The notes: generated from the letters alone by a model not told the origin. A DNA stretch of 64,000 nt from an uncultured Candidatus Saccharibacteria bacterium (GCA_964600985.1 CAZRJR010000002.1:40867-104866); one strand, 5' to 3'; shown: positions 9,596-19,278, counted from the stretch's first letter. Made by a program: numbers and translations.

Positions 9596-10234
9596 CTAAC
9601 GCTCCTCGAGCAGGGCTGTGAGCTTTTTACCATTCACGGTAAACGCCTGGGCTTTATAGGTAACCACTCCTTGGCGTTGCAGGTTCTTTAGTTCTATAGC
9701 GGTTGTTTCGCGGGTAAGGCCGATGAAGTTCGCAAAGTCCTGCTGGGTTAGGGGCAGTTTGAGTTCGATGGTGTCGTTGTCCCCCGCTATGCCAAATCTT
9801 CGGCATAGGAATTCTAGGGTATAGAGTACTTTGTCGCAGGCTCGGGATTGCTCGAGAGCGTGCATGCGAAGCTGGTGACTTATGTGCCGCTCTACATAGT
9901 AGTCCAAGGCTTTGTACATCATGTCAGGATTTTGCTTGAGGTAAGCTATGTAGTCCTCGCGGGGCACCATATAGAGTTCGGTATCGGTAAATGCCTCGTA
10001 AAAGAAGTAAGAATGGTCGATTTTGCCAAACACCCAGCCAATCGGGAAAACCTCGTAGGTAAGGTCAAACAGCACTGGGCGCTCTTCGCCCGCGGCGGTG
10101 ATGTTAAACACCTTCACAAAGCCCGACCGCACCACGTAGGCGTGTTCTGGCCGATCACCTTGCTCGATTATGGTGCTTCCGCGCGGAAACTTCTTGGATG
10201 GATAATTGGCCAAAAATGCGTCAAACTTATCCAT
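9596..10234 (-). CDS. Crp/Fnr family transcriptional regulator
   Basis: cNMP-binding beta-barrel (IIEQGD..YVVRSGFVKV) and HTH LTQQDFANFIGLTRET. Confidence 0.93.
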   Translation of the reverse strand: MDKFDAFLANYPSKKFPRGSTIIEQGDRPEHAYVVRSGFVKVFNITAAGEERPVLFDLTYEVFPIGWVFGKIDHSYFFYEAFTDTELYMVPREDYIAYLKQNPDMMYKALDYYVERHISHQLRMHALEQSRACDKVLYTLEFLCRRFGIAGDNDTIELKLPLTQQDFANFIGLTRETTAIELKNLQRQGVVTYKAQAFTVNGKKLTALLEER

Positions 10235-10280
10235 ATGCTACTCCCTTATAGTCGCAGTATAGGGAGTTTAGGGTGCTAGA

Positions 10281-10580
10281 TCAATCTATACGTCGTGGTG
10301 ATGTCCCCTCTAGCAGTACCGCAATCAAGTAGCCAATGAGCGCATACACTACCAAGGCGATAAGCACGGCAGTCTCAAGTGGTCGCCCCAAAACAGTATA
10401 GTTGGGCAATATATTACTAAACGGTGCACTTAAATTCCCCGCTAAGCGCCCAATCCATGCTACGAATGGTTGCGCTGGATTGGCGCCAAGCAAAGTAAAT
10501 GCTAACTGTAAGCTCAAAATCAGCTCGAAGATGCCGAAGATTGTATTAGATATAACGAGCAAAACTCGGTTTGGACTCAT
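10281..10580 (-). CDS. YggT family membrane protein
   Basis: LLGANPAQPFVAWI..LSAPFSNILP, two TM helices. Confidence 0.75.
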   Translation of the reverse strand: MSPNRVLLVISNTIFGIFELILSLQLAFTLLGANPAQPFVAWIGRLAGNLSAPFSNILPNYTVLGRPLETAVLIALVVYALIGYLIAVLLEGTSPRRID

Positions 10581-10614
10581 GTATATTCTCCTGGTTAAGG
10601 CTTGGCATAAGGAC

Positions 10615-10758
10615 CTAGGCTCGGCGTCGTGCTACGAGGTCATATATAAAGATTGCGATGGCCACCAGCAGTACCAAATGGATGATACTCCCCCCAATGT
10701 GCCCCAGTAAACCCAAAAACCATAATACGATCAGTACTATTGCTATAGTGCTTAACAT
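10615..10758 (-). CDS. lmo0937/DUF5670-like small membrane protein (47 aa)
   Basis: Own translation: MLSTIAIVLIVLWFLGLLGHIGGSIIHLVLLVAIAIFIYDLVARRRA; GAGGAG RBS. Confidence 0.8.
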   Translation of the reverse strand: MLSTIAIVLIVLWFLGLLGHIGGSIIHLVLLVAIAIFIYDLVARRRA

Positions 10759-10969
10759 ACTTCTCTCCTCGCTTACTAGTACATATAATGACGCGATGTA
10801 CCCACTTGGTCAGTGAGATTTCTAACCCAAACTTAGAGCGCATGTTATATATCTCATAGCCATCTCGATTGGCCTGCAGTATGCTGAAAAATGTTAAGCG
10901 GAGGTAGGGCGTGAAACTGCAAAACAAACCACCAAGAGTATGTAAATTTACTATACACAAGGAGGAGAC

Positions 10970-11143
10970 ATGCAAAGTTTCATGACACAGACCAAAACAA
11001 AAGCACGTAGCCGATCGGCGGCTATTCCTGGGAGTGCAGAATATCTAGAGTTGCTCGACGAAATAGCTACTAAATGGGCAGTTAAAGCCGATCGATTAGC
11101 GCGCCGCAGGCGAGCCCATGTAAGAGCCAAACCATTACACTAA
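10970..11143 (+). CDS. Small basic hypothetical protein (57 aa)
   Basis: AAGGAGG RBS; MQSFMTQTKTKARSRSAAIPGSAEYLELLDEIATKWAVKADRLARRRRAHVRAKPLH. Confidence 0.55.
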   Translation: MQSFMTQTKTKARSRSAAIPGSAEYLELLDEIATKWAVKADRLARRRRAHVRAKPLH

Positions 11144-11166
11144 CTTACTTACTACAAGGAGGCACT

Positions 11167-11334
11167 ATGGCGAGTTCTGAGGAACTTCAAGAACAAGCGC
11201 AGGCTGTTCGGGATCAGGCAGTAGAAAAGCAAGGTGAAGCTAAGGCGCTCGACGAAAAGGCAGACGAGCTTGATAGTCTTGCCGAAGAAGCGGCCCAGCT
11301 TGAGGAGGAACAGGAGGAAGTCCTCGAAGAGTAA
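11167..11334 (+). CDS. Small highly acidic coiled-coil protein (55 aa)
   Basis: AAGGAGG RBS; MASSEELQEQAQAVRDQAVEKQGEAKALDEKADELDSLAEEAAQLEEEQEEVLEE. Confidence 0.65.
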   Translation: MASSEELQEQAQAVRDQAVEKQGEAKALDEKADELDSLAEEAAQLEEEQEEVLEE

Positions 11335-11355
11335 ACTAACTGGTTTGACGCCTGG

Positions 11356-11393
11356 AAAGAAAGAGACCCTCGATGGAGACGAGGGTCTCTTTC
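11356..11393. terminator. Hairpin/intrinsic terminator between convergent genes
   Basis: GAAAGAGACCCTCG-ATGGAGA-CGAGGGTCTCTTTC. Confidence 0.7.
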
Positions 11394-11437
11394 GAGGGTC
11401 TGGGGTCGCAGCAAGGAGTCGGTCGAGTTTTTCCTGA

Positions 11438-12055
11438 CTAGGTTTTTCGTTGTCTCGCCAAGCGGCGATTAATGCGACGAGCGTTTTTGGCCTGTGCGTA
11501 TGCCCACAGCACAAAAGCTAGGTATCCCGCACCCATCCCTAGCCCCAGAATGCCGCTCATGAGCGGCGTCCCTGGACTCGATGCAGGCCAAAAATCAGAG
11601 GGGTCTTCTAAGTAGACCCGGCTACTGTTATCAGACACCCAAATAGTTATCGTGTCGCCTTTGCGAGCTCCCTCCTTGAGCGGGAGCTTTACCCAGTGGG
11701 GTCTTTCTGAGTCGGGCGAAAAGTACTTGTACCACAGCCAATATGCTTGTCCGTGCTTCGTGGTGTCTATGTCTGCAAGGGTTGCCACAACGGGCTCCCA
11801 TTCCTGGCGCCGAAGGGTGTCGCGTTGGGCCAGTTCTTGGCCCATATGCAGCCCCACATACACAGGGACTGCCAGGCAGGCCAGGCATATCAGCCATACC
11901 CCAAGCCGCGCAATCTGCACACCTCGATCTACGAGGATCTTGGCAACTACCAGCGGAGCGCCGATAACACATCCCAGCATCCACAGGGCTGTGTATATGA
12001 AGTTGACAAGAAATGACCTGTGTTGCAGGTTGGTAGTAGTACGGTACTCCTTCAT
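11438..12055 (-). CDS. Membrane protein, DUF3592-like
   Basis: Three TM helices with WEPVVATL...GDTITIWV between TM2 and TM3. Confidence 0.55.
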   Translation of the reverse strand: MKEYRTTTNLQHRSFLVNFIYTALWMLGCVIGAPLVVAKILVDRGVQIARLGVWLICLACLAVPVYVGLHMGQELAQRDTLRRQEWEPVVATLADIDTTKHGQAYWLWYKYFSPDSERPHWVKLPLKEGARKGDTITIWVSDNSSRVYLEDPSDFWPASSPGTPLMSGILGLGMGAGYLAFVLWAYAQAKNARRINRRLARQRKT

Positions 12056-12241
12056 GTGCGCTCGCCTTTCTACGATCAGACCAGAAGGTATCTTGGAGTA
12101 TAGGCTATTTGTGGATTATTTCAAGCTTGTAGTTGACTAAGACCCCCCTTCTCTTAAAACAAAGAAGCGACCCAAAAGGATACTCCCTGAGTCGCTTGTG
12201 GGGCCGGCCGTGTGCCGCTTACCCCTCGCCTCGATGCAGTT

Positions 12242-12547
12242 CTAGTCAGACCACGTATCGGTAAACCTACAGAGCGTTCGCCACCGGTCATTCTTCACTA
12301 CCGAGTAGAACTTCTCACATTTTCCTCCGCCGATGCTCCAGTGGGCTTCCAGTATGCCTGCCTCTTGGAGTTGTCGGCACATGTGGCTGATGCTGCTGGT
12401 GTCGATGCGGCGCCCCAGGGGTTGTTGGCTCCATAGAGTTGTGGCGGTGAATCTGCCCCGCTGCTTCCTGATCAGGGCCAGGAGGAGAGGGGCATGCTTG
12501 CGCCTCAGGAACCAAGCGATGGTTTGCAGATCAGTGTCTTTTTTCAC
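12242..12547 (-). CDS. Winged helix-turn-helix (ArsR-like) hypothetical protein
   Basis: SSISHMCRQLQEAGILEAHW..KFYSV; AAGGAG RBS. Confidence 0.55.
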   Translation of the reverse strand: MKKDTDLQTIAWFLRRKHAPLLLALIRKQRGRFTATTLWSQQPLGRRIDTSSISHMCRQLQEAGILEAHWSIGGGKCEKFYSVVKNDRWRTLCRFTDTWSD

Positions 12548-12561
12548 GGCTCACTCCTTCT

Positions 12562-12981
12562 TCAACCTGCCGCTGCACACATTTTCGCTACACCCTCGGA
12601 CGTAATGATCAGGTTGAGGTCGTCCCTAACCCGCACGTAGGCAAAAACCGTGCCGTCTTGGTACGCGTAGTGGAGCACCAGTTCACAGCCTCCGTTCTTG
12701 ACCGTAACGACGTTGTTGGTGCTGTCGTTGCTAATCACTTTGAGGCCGTCGGCCTTCAGCTGACTTTTGACGAACCAATCGTCATAGTGGTCGCCACTGC
12801 CCCACATGCCCAATACCAGAGCGATAAAGGCTGCGATGACGCAGATGAAAGCCACTCCGCCACCGTCCTTCTTCACGAAGAAGAAGGCGAGGATGCCAGC
12901 AACAAGAAGTACAAGGCTCGCACCAAATGCGGCAGCTTCCCCGCCACCGACAAGGTGATTGCCCAGAAAGTGAAAAGTCAA
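12562..12981 (-). CDS. Hypothetical membrane protein
   Basis: Two N-terminal TM helices, AAGGAG RBS, GC3-rich codons. Confidence 0.6.
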   Translation of the reverse strand: MTFHFLGNHLVGGGEAAAFGASLVLLVAGILAFFFVKKDGGGVAFICVIAAFIALVLGMWGSGDHYDDWFVKSQLKADGLKVISNDSTNNVVTVKNGGCELVLHYAYQDGTVFAYVRVRDDLNLIITSEGVAKMCAAAG

Positions 12982-13036
12982 AGTACGCTCCTTAGATCAG
13001 GAGATCAGGTTTGATCTCGCAGTAATACAATAGCAC

Positions 13037-14107
13037 CTAGAATTCTATTTGCAAGATGCTCTTAAATCCCTGGGTGGCTCTTAGCTCCAAGTAGCGCCTA
13101 AGCAAGCTCTGTAGCTCCGAATGTTCTCGACTAACTACATGTGTGTGCGTTTCGGTTAGAGCAGCACTTTTAATCTGCTCCATTCGGTCTATAAGTTTCG
13201 CCTCCTCGGTACTAAGCCGGTTTTCACACTGGTAAAAGCATAGGGTATAGTTGTGCCCGTATACCTTTTCAAACAACTGCTTGGATCGCGCCATATGGAA
13301 TCCACTTGTCACTATCGCTAGGGAGCGCCAGCCGTTAGTGTCGACTATTTTCTTGCAATAGGTGGCATTCTCGAAAGTATTTTCAGATAAGCTCTCGGTA
13401 ACGATCTGATCTTCGCCCACTCCCAGCGATAGCGCATATTGCTTCATGGATTCGGCCTCGGTTAGACGGGGTGTGTAGCTGTGTAGGCGAGAGACTCTTC
13501 CGGATAGAACTATCTTGTCCGCTTCGCCATCACGTACCATTTGCACGGCCCGGCGCACGCGACTCTTGCCCTCCTCTGGGGTAATCCCATCTTCTGTGAC
13601 GTCAAATCCCAGCACTATTACGGCATCAAAAGGCTCGGTGCTTAGAAGCTGATTGGTAATTTCTGCTGTCGGCAGAGTAGCGTCAATGGTTTTGTCGATT
13701 AGCCCAGCTGCGAGTATCTCCTCGTGGTTCTCTAGCTGACCTTTTAGCCAAGGAGTAGCGTCTTCGTAGCCTTCGTGCTCCATGCGGTCATGGTTGCGGC
13801 GTAGCATCTCGTCGTAGCTCAGCTTGAGTTGAACGACAGTAAAGCCATGATCTTTAAACATCTCTACTTGTGACAAGGGGTAAAAGTAATTTGCAAAGAA
13901 TATTATGTGCTCTTGCTTTGCTACTTTTTGATAAATTTCGGGTATAAGTACGTCGTCTTTGTAGTCGTTATCACTAGGCCAAACGCCACCGTTAGCCGCC
14001 AGGATCTCCTCATCAATCTCTGAAGCATTTAAGTTTGTATGCTGGCGCAAGTACCTGACAAGCGTAGTTTTGCCAGAAAGCTGCGGGCCTATAACGAGAA
14101 TCTTCAT
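13037..14107 (-). CDS. P-loop NMP-kinase-like domain fused to YdcF/DUF218 domain
   Basis: GPQLSGKTT Walker A; DAVIVLG, IVLSG, TEAESM, ESLSENTFENA, IVTSGFHMARS. Confidence 0.8.
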   Translation of the reverse strand: MKILVIGPQLSGKTTLVRYLRQHTNLNASEIDEEILAANGGVWPSDNDYKDDVLIPEIYQKVAKQEHIIFFANYFYPLSQVEMFKDHGFTVVQLKLSYDEMLRRNHDRMEHEGYEDATPWLKGQLENHEEILAAGLIDKTIDATLPTAEITNQLLSTEPFDAVIVLGFDVTEDGITPEEGKSRVRRAVQMVRDGEADKIVLSGRVSRLHSYTPRLTEAESMKQYALSLGVGEDQIVTESLSENTFENATYCKKIVDTNGWRSLAIVTSGFHMARSKQLFEKVYGHNYTLCFYQCENRLSTEEAKLIDRMEQIKSAALTETHTHVVSREHSELQSLLRRYLELRATQGFKSILQIEF

Positions 14108-14186
14108 GAGTCTAGTATAACAAAGCGAAACCCGGCGAAGCCGAAATCTCGCCGGGGGAACCCCACTCTTAACTTGCTGAGCCTCA

Positions 14187-14537
14187 CTACCACATGCTGC
14201 GACGAGGCAGATCTCGCCGAACTTCGTCTTCCCAGGGGTAACTGCGACCAGGGTTGTCGCGATAGTTGTAACGCCCTCGTGGACGACGAGGAGCTCTACC
14301 GAGGTGCGGATGCTGGGTGATCAGCCTGTCGATGGTCTCGATGGCAATCGACTTCGTGGTGTTGTTGGATGGGCCCGGAGCCTGTAGCGGGCGACGGAGT
14401 TCACGCGCTCTCTCTCGGCTGATGATGCCGCGCTTCACCAGTCCGTGAAGGTCGAAGCTGAGCGCCTGCTTCACCCTGCCCTCACTTGGGTAGGGCTTTT
14501 TCGGGTGGTATGGGTATGCATCACTGTAGAGCCCCAC
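14187..14537 (-). CDS. Hypothetical basic protein
   Basis: AAGGAGG RBS before GTG at 14537; GC-rich ORF followed by a terminator hairpin near 14125-14160. Confidence 0.5.
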   Translation of the reverse strand: MGLYSDAYPYHPKKPYPSEGRVKQALSFDLHGLVKRGIISRERARELRRPLQAPGPSNNTTKSIAIETIDRLITQHPHLGRAPRRPRGRYNYRDNPGRSYPWEDEVRRDLPRRSMW

Positions 14538-14716
14538 GGGGCCTCCTTGGCGAATCAGGAACACTAGCCAACCTGGCAAGTGTTGGAGGTATTTTATAAC
14601 TCTGGTCACATGTGGTCAATGAAGTATTTCAATTGGTGTCTTACCACCTAAACCCACAACAATAGGTTGTGAACTTGGGTAGTGCCAGTTTTGAGGGTCT
14701 GGCAACCTTGCTACGA

Positions 14717-15265
14717 CTAGGAGTCGGTGTCCGATCGCAGCTTACGGCTCTGCTCCCATGCCCTGAGCTCGGCCAGGCTGAACGGGTTGAGCCGCTCGTG
14801 GCGGCAGTACCACCACGCTACCTTCATGGCAGCGAAGTGGAGAACGCACACCACGGTGGCGATTCCTGCTCCGATCAGCGCGGCCTCACTCCAGAGCTGC
14901 TGGTGTTCTGCTGCGGTCAGTGGCTGGAGTGGCTTGCCGGTGGCAGGGTCGATCTGACCCGATGCAACCACCTGGTTGACCATCGAGTTGACGATGTAGT
15001 GCCACATGTCACCGACCACGATGGCTCCAGTCAACACGACCAGGCCATAGCAGGCCAGCACCTGGCGCTTGTGCCACACCACGTTCTCCTGGTAGGAGGC
15101 GTCGAGGGCACGCTTGCCGAAGCACTTGCTGAGCAACACCTCAGCGAAGAGGTGGACCCCACCGTCTTCACGGCGCCACCACTGGGCCAGCTTGATGCAG
15201 ATCACGCGAGCGGCGTAGTAGGCCAGGGGCAGATAGAGCAGGTATGCAAGGTACTTGTACATCAT
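14717..15265 (-). CDS. Hypothetical membrane protein (3 TM)
   Basis: GC3-rich ORF, GGGAG RBS, TTGACA...TATTAT promoter upstream. Confidence 0.6.
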   Translation of the reverse strand: MMYKYLAYLLYLPLAYYAARVICIKLAQWWRREDGGVHLFAEVLLSKCFGKRALDASYQENVVWHKRQVLACYGLVVLTGAIVVGDMWHYIVNSMVNQVVASGQIDPATGKPLQPLTAAEHQQLWSEAALIGAGIATVVCVLHFAAMKVAWWYCRHERLNPFSLAELRAWEQSRKLRSDTDS

Positions 15266-15573
15266 GTGCGATTTTCTCCCGCACTCTAGGGCGAATTTGA
15301 TTCCGCCGAAATACAACGGCATACATAATAGCATAAGCGTTAATGTATGTCAAGTACAACAAAGACCCCTCTCGGGGTCTAGGCAAATTATATAAGTCAC
15401 TGCCGTAGCTTACGGGATGATTTTAGAACCATCTACTTACAAGGCAAGAACCTGCCTTCATACTGAGTAATGAGATTGCACTTTACAAAATTTGAGATAA
15501 CCATAAGTAAGTGGCAGTTTACCAAATTATAGTAAAGACTCTTTTTAACAGGTCAGAAAAGTTGCATACTATT

Positions 15574-16326
15574 TTAGTTGACTTCTGAAGCTAATAGTGG
15601 CTGGACTCCTCCATCAACAATCAAATATTGTCCGGTAATATAGGATGATTTACTGCTAATAAAGAATTCAATAGAATCCGCAATTTCGGTTGGATCAGCT
15701 ATTCTCTTAAGTAACTGCCTGTTTGCAAGTCTCTTTATCTCTTCTGGACTTAAATGTTCTGTTAGCATTCTGGTATTTACAGCGCCTGGTACAACTGCAT
15801 TAATACGGACTCTATGCGGAGCTGCTTCAATTGCAAGTGATCTTACCAGTCCAAGTAGTGCAGCTTTAGAAGACGCATAAGCAGCGAGGCCGGCAGATGT
15901 AACTATTCCGTGTATAGAGCCAACCGCAACAACAGAAGGCCAATTTTGATTTCCCTCTGTACTATTTGCAAGTATTGGCAAAAGCTTTTTAACTACAATC
16001 CACGTATTCTTAACGTTAACTCTGAATGTGTAGTCCCATTCTTCCGAAGTCATTGCATTAAATGGTTTAACAAATTGCGCTGCAGCACACAGCACAATCC
16101 CGTTAATGGTTTTATGTTTCTTGATGCGGTTAAAAATCTCGTCCATGTTGTCTTCATTCGCGACGTCAGAATTATAGAACTCGTCTATCCATATACCATC
16201 GGGGGCAGTTTTGTCTATGCCTATAACATGCCAGCCTAATTGATGGTATTTTTTTGCAGTGGCTAAACCTATACCACTTGATGCCCCTGTTATAAGTATG
16301 ATTTTATTTGCCACTGATTTGTACAT
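15574..16326 (-). CDS. SDR family NAD(P)-dependent oxidoreductase
   Basis: TGASSGIG, YASSK, RINAVVPG, ITGQYLIVDGG. Confidence 0.93.
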   Translation of the reverse strand: MYKSVANKIILITGASSGIGLATAKKYHQLGWHVIGIDKTAPDGIWIDEFYNSDVANEDNMDEIFNRIKKHKTINGIVLCAAAQFVKPFNAMTSEEWDYTFRVNVKNTWIVVKKLLPILANSTEGNQNWPSVVAVGSIHGIVTSAGLAAYASSKAALLGLVRSLAIEAAPHRVRINAVVPGAVNTRMLTEHLSPEEIKRLANRQLLKRIADPTEIADSIEFFISSKSSYITGQYLIVDGGVQPLLASEVN

Positions 16327-17164
16327 TTGTTGGGTATTCCCCATTTCTGATTGCATGCATAAATACTAACCTAATAGCCTTAAATGACTTAAAAACCTGA
16401 ACAAGTGATGGTTTATACTCCGCTCGTAATTTCATCATTCGTGGTATTGCTTTAAGGTGGGGAAATAGTTCTTGATAGTATTGGACTTCTTCGGTGAGAC
16501 CCGTTGCCTTTCCCGTGAGACTAAAATAGCTGCTATGAAGAGCCCACTTGAGAGCAGACAGTGAATACTTGGTTGCGTGAGATGTAAAAGGATAGATTAT
16601 AAGTGCGTAAGCATTTAGCACCCAGTACATTACAAAGTTTCTCCAAACTTTTATCTTGGATATGGGTGATATTTCCGAACAGGGCTTAAGTAAATCTACA
16701 CCATAGATTACCCTAGCTGATAACTGTATGTTCTTATACCCTATATCAGTTGCCCATAATGGATTATCCAAGATAGCAGAGTCAAGCCAACTTTCTGATT
16801 TAAAAATTTTCCCCGTATCTTCATTGATGAATTCTGATTCTGTACATACAAATACGGATTTATATTGGGCACCAATTCGATCGAGGACTCTCACTACTCT
16901 ACCCTTAATATTTGTGGGCACGGGTCTAATTCCCATATCCTCTTCAATTTTGTACAGAACTTGTTTTAATGCACTTATGTCTGATAGAGATGTTTCATCT
17001 TGAACGGCTACAATAAGATCTAAGTCTGATAACTTATCTATATCCTGCTTAGCTAAACTCCCAAATAATATTATCGAAACAATATCGATTTGGTTTTTTC
17101 TCGCAAATTCAAGTACCCGTTTCTTTATTAGGTCAAGATCTGATGTATTCTTATTTTTTGCCAT
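16304..17164 (-). CDS. Nucleotidyltransferase (pol-beta superfamily) domain protein
   Basis: IILFGSLAK...SDLDLIV motif; helical C-terminal domain; AT-rich. Confidence 0.75.
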   Translation of the reverse strand: MAKNKNTSDLDLIKKRVLEFARKNQIDIVSIILFGSLAKQDIDKLSDLDLIVAVQDETSLSDISALKQVLYKIEEDMGIRPVPTNIKGRVVRVLDRIGAQYKSVFVCTESEFINEDTGKIFKSESWLDSAILDNPLWATDIGYKNIQLSARVIYGVDLLKPCSEISPISKIKVWRNFVMYWVLNAYALIIYPFTSHATKYSLSALKWALHSSYFSLTGKATGLTEEVQYYQELFPHLKAIPRMMKLRAEYKPSLVQVFKSFKAIRLVFMHAIRNGEYPTNVQISGK

Positions 17165-17410
17165 GATTGCAGCATATTATATTAAATCTCAAAATTGATG
17201 TCCATTGTGGGCTTGAATGTCTTCATGTCTTTTGGAGATTTCTTTCCGCACTATAAACCTCCTCTCAAAGTCTTCAATAAGGTGCTTGTGTATGGAGTAG
17301 CTTACGAGCTGATATACGAACCACATAAAGCGAAACCCTCTCGAGTCCCGCATGTAGAATGCGAAACCCAAGAGGGCGGGTGCTGGGTGAACCAGTAGTG
17401 TTGGGATGGG

Positions 17411-17878
17411 TTAGGTGTCCGTGGTCACCGTCTGCTCGACATCGTCGGTGGTCTTGTCGAAGAGGTCGTGGTACATCCGGTGGAGACGCTCATGCTCGGA
17501 GGCGACGTACTCGCGCTGGGCGGTCCTCGTGGTGTGCGTCTTCTCGACGGCGGCCACAGCCACACTGTACTCGGGCTCGATGAAGGCCATGTACGGCGCA
17601 TCGTTCTCGGTCGGCACGTAGCCAGGGTGGTCGGCCTCCCATGCGGCCTGCTTGGCCCGCAGGGCGGACATGGCATCGCACTCCTCAGCGCGAGCCAGGT
17701 GGAAGTCGGCCTCCAGCTTGCTCATCTCCGCACGGGTGCGCTCGAACTCAGCCATGTAGCCGAGTGAGTCAGGCGGAAGGTCTGCAGTCGCCAGGTTCGA
17801 GGGGTCCATCGGTGCGCCGAGGTCGATGATGATGCCACCTCCGATGCCGATGCCGAAGATTTCTTCGGTGAGTCCCAT
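17411..17878 (-). CDS. Hypothetical acidic protein, GC-rich
   Basis: Strong GC3 bias; own TTGACA promoter and hairpin-rich leader at 17880-17990. Confidence 0.6.
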   Translation of the reverse strand: MGLTEEIFGIGIGGGIIIDLGAPMDPSNLATADLPPDSLGYMAEFERTRAEMSKLEADFHLARAEECDAMSALRAKQAAWEADHPGYVPTENDAPYMAFIEPEYSVAVAAVEKTHTTRTAQREYVASEHERLHRMYHDLFDKTTDDVEQTVTTDT

Positions 17879-18043
17879 GACTCTACCTAACCTTTCTCCC
17901 CGTTCGGGGAGGCAACCTAAGTAGCTTTAGGCTATCTTCCCGAGGGGAGGGAATATAACTTAACATATACCAAGCCATGTGTCAACGCATTTACCCTTGA
18001 GCAAAAAGACTCCTCTCGGAGTCTTCAATAAAATGCTTATGTA

Positions 18044-18120
18044 TGGTGTATCCGGAGGGATTCGAACCCCCGACCCCCAGCACCGCAAGCTGATGCTCTA
18101 TCCAACTGAGCTACGGATAC
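18044..18120 (-). tRNA. tRNA-Arg(GCG)
   Basis: GTATCCG/CGGATAC acceptor, anticodon arm TCAGC-TTGCGGT-GCTGG, TTCGAAT T-loop, CCA; 77 nt. Confidence 0.92.
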
Positions 18121-18184
18121 ACGTGTAAAACAACCGTTATTCTACCCTATTTAAGCCCATCTGTAAATTGTAGCTTCCTGGCCA

Positions 18185-18409
18185 TCGAAGATCAGAAAGG
18201 CTGGAATGGAAGAAGTAAGACTGAGCGAGGATTGCAGAGCCCTGCCTTGAGGGCGAACCCCGCAGCGAAATTCATACCTCAAAGTTAACAGCTGCCTCTA
18301 GATCTGAGTCAGGGCCAGGAATACTTTTGCCTACTTTTGGTATGTTCAAAAGTAGGAGATGGCTTAAAAAAGGGTTTATGCAGACCCTTCGGCTCCGCTC
18401 AGGGTGACG
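18185..18409 (+). repeat. ~225-bp palindromic non-coding element, copy A
   Basis: Collinear with the reverse complement of 33660-33884; core CCTACTTTTG-N7-CAAAAGTAGG; ends in GACCCTTCGGCTCCGCTCAGGGTGACG. Confidence 0.7.
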
Positions 18410-18450
18410 GATGAGTATTCAAGATGACGAAGTAGAACCTTTTAGATTAT

Positions 18451-19212
18451 CTAAAACCGTAGCGCGCGCAGCAGACGGTCGATTAGATCATTGCGGGGTG
18501 GAACTTTGGGTAGCACACTTCCCATGAGGTCCTCTACTTTGTCCTCCTCGCCCTCTTGGATCGGCAGCGACACGAGCGTGCCAAATTGTTTGCTTGGCAC
18601 CAGCTCAAAAACCCGCTGGCCATAGTCGCTGATTTCGTAAAACGCCGAAAAGTGATCAAAGCGGTAAGATTTGTCGCCCACATACACGCCGTGGGTGGTA
18701 ATGGAGTAGGTGAGCGTACGAGGCTTGCGCTGCGCGTAAATCACGAGCGCGATACACATGAGCACCAGTAGGCCAATGGTAAGGTACTGGCGGGTGTATA
18801 TGGCCAGCCCGATCATTGCAGTAAAGAACAGAGCGAGCAGAAAGTACCAACCAGCCGGCTTGTTGGTAAAGGTGAACTCGGGGGCGTTCCAGCTCATAAG
18901 GGCTGTTTCGGCGGTAGGGTTAACTTGCTCAGGTGCTTCAGACTCATTGTGTGGCTCATCGCCAAGGTCGGCGTCCTGCATGCTCTGTGACTCATTTTGA
19001 AGGCTCTGGGGCGCAGTTTCGGTCGAGGGCGAGTAAATAGGCGGCGCTGCGGTTTCGGGCGCGCTCACGGCCTGTGGTGCGGTCATAGCGCCTATGCTTG
19101 TGGGTTGGGGCGCAGTAGCCGGCTCGCTGCTTGTAATCGCCGAGTCAGTATTGGCTGGCTCTGCCGCAGCCGGTCTGTAGGTTACGCCTGGTTTTGCTTC
19201 ATCGTCTTGCAT
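18451..19212 (-). CDS. Conserved CPR membrane protein (DUF5673-like) with low-complexity N-terminus
   Basis: SWNAPEF..KPAGWY, two TM, RKPRTLTYSITTHGVYVGDK, D..DRLLRALRF. Confidence 0.7.
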   Translation of the reverse strand: MQDDEAKPGVTYRPAAAEPANTDSAITSSEPATAPQPTSIGAMTAPQAVSAPETAAPPIYSPSTETAPQSLQNESQSMQDADLGDEPHNESEAPEQVNPTAETALMSWNAPEFTFTNKPAGWYFLLALFFTAMIGLAIYTRQYLTIGLLVLMCIALVIYAQRKPRTLTYSITTHGVYVGDKSYRFDHFSAFYEISDYGQRVFELVPSKQFGTLVSLPIQEGEEDKVEDLMGSVLPKVPPRNDLIDRLLRALRF

Positions 19213-19278
19213 GATTGGAGATTGCTTAGTGCCTATGCTTAATCAATTTCATTATGCATCAAAGCCGGCGCGATGTCA

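Noticed and set aside
10790-10835. Possible Crp-binding site upstream of the lmo0937-like gene
   Set aside because: Poor match to TGTGA-N6-TCACA; not supportable.
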